From: Eledone cirrhosa
Lineage: Eukaryota
DNA: 64,000 bases
Assembly (NCBI GenBank): GCA_964016885.1
Contig: CAXHJY010001577.1
Location: forward strand, 1-64,000
Reading direction: 5' to 3'
The notes under the pieces are model-generated. The model was not told where the DNA came from, did not search any database, and saw only the letters and a program-made list of their open reading frames with translations. The position numbers were made by a program, and so were the translations under genes. Shown piece by piece: positions 63,761 through 64,000 of the stretch (its first letter is position 1; every line of letters begins with the position of its first letter).

Positions 63761-64000
63761 TTTATACCATAAAAGTGGTTTTGTGCTTGCGTGTATTTGT
63801 TCTCATCCTCCACATAACGACGTATTATCTCCGCTTTTTCCGTTCATTGCCAAGGAACGTCTTCACCAACCAAACTATCGTATATCGGTTGCAACGTTTT
63901 TCGAAATATTTACTTCTGCGTTCACAGATTGATTTTTTTAGTTTCAGAAGATCCCGTTAAGGGTGAAAGCAGCGATTCTTTGCTTAAACTTTAATCTGTT

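Overview
Repeat-saturated, AT-rich eukaryotic DNA; the SINEs and microsatellites suggest a cephalopod (octopus-like), which is an inference. No host gene could be confidently identified, and the YI/IY-rich ORFs are translations of (TA)n microsatellite. Coding remnants are a near-intact Neptune-type Penelope-like retroelement (PLE; RT + GIY-YIG, minus strand, 28578-30860) with an upstream ORF joined by an in-phase U_UUU_UUA -1 frameshift candidate, two Naiad-type PLE fragments, four Helitron pieces, two mariner fragments, RTE LINE fragments, MITEs and tRNA-derived SINEs. The main unannotated signal is that most non-coding islands between the (TA)n tracts carry a hand-foldable type I hammerhead ribozyme (HHR). 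About a dozen unrelated sequence families do so, as tandem arrays (units ~520, 413, 310, 102 bp), terminally redundant monomers (653, 611, 503 bp) or fold-backs. Their 3' ends abut TA repeats, and different families are often joined back-to-back. This looks like a community of retrozyme-like, TA-targeted non-autonomous retroelements mobilised by PLEs. Positions 1-11035 form a giant mirror that may be an assembly fold-back. All folds were read by eye and none was computed.
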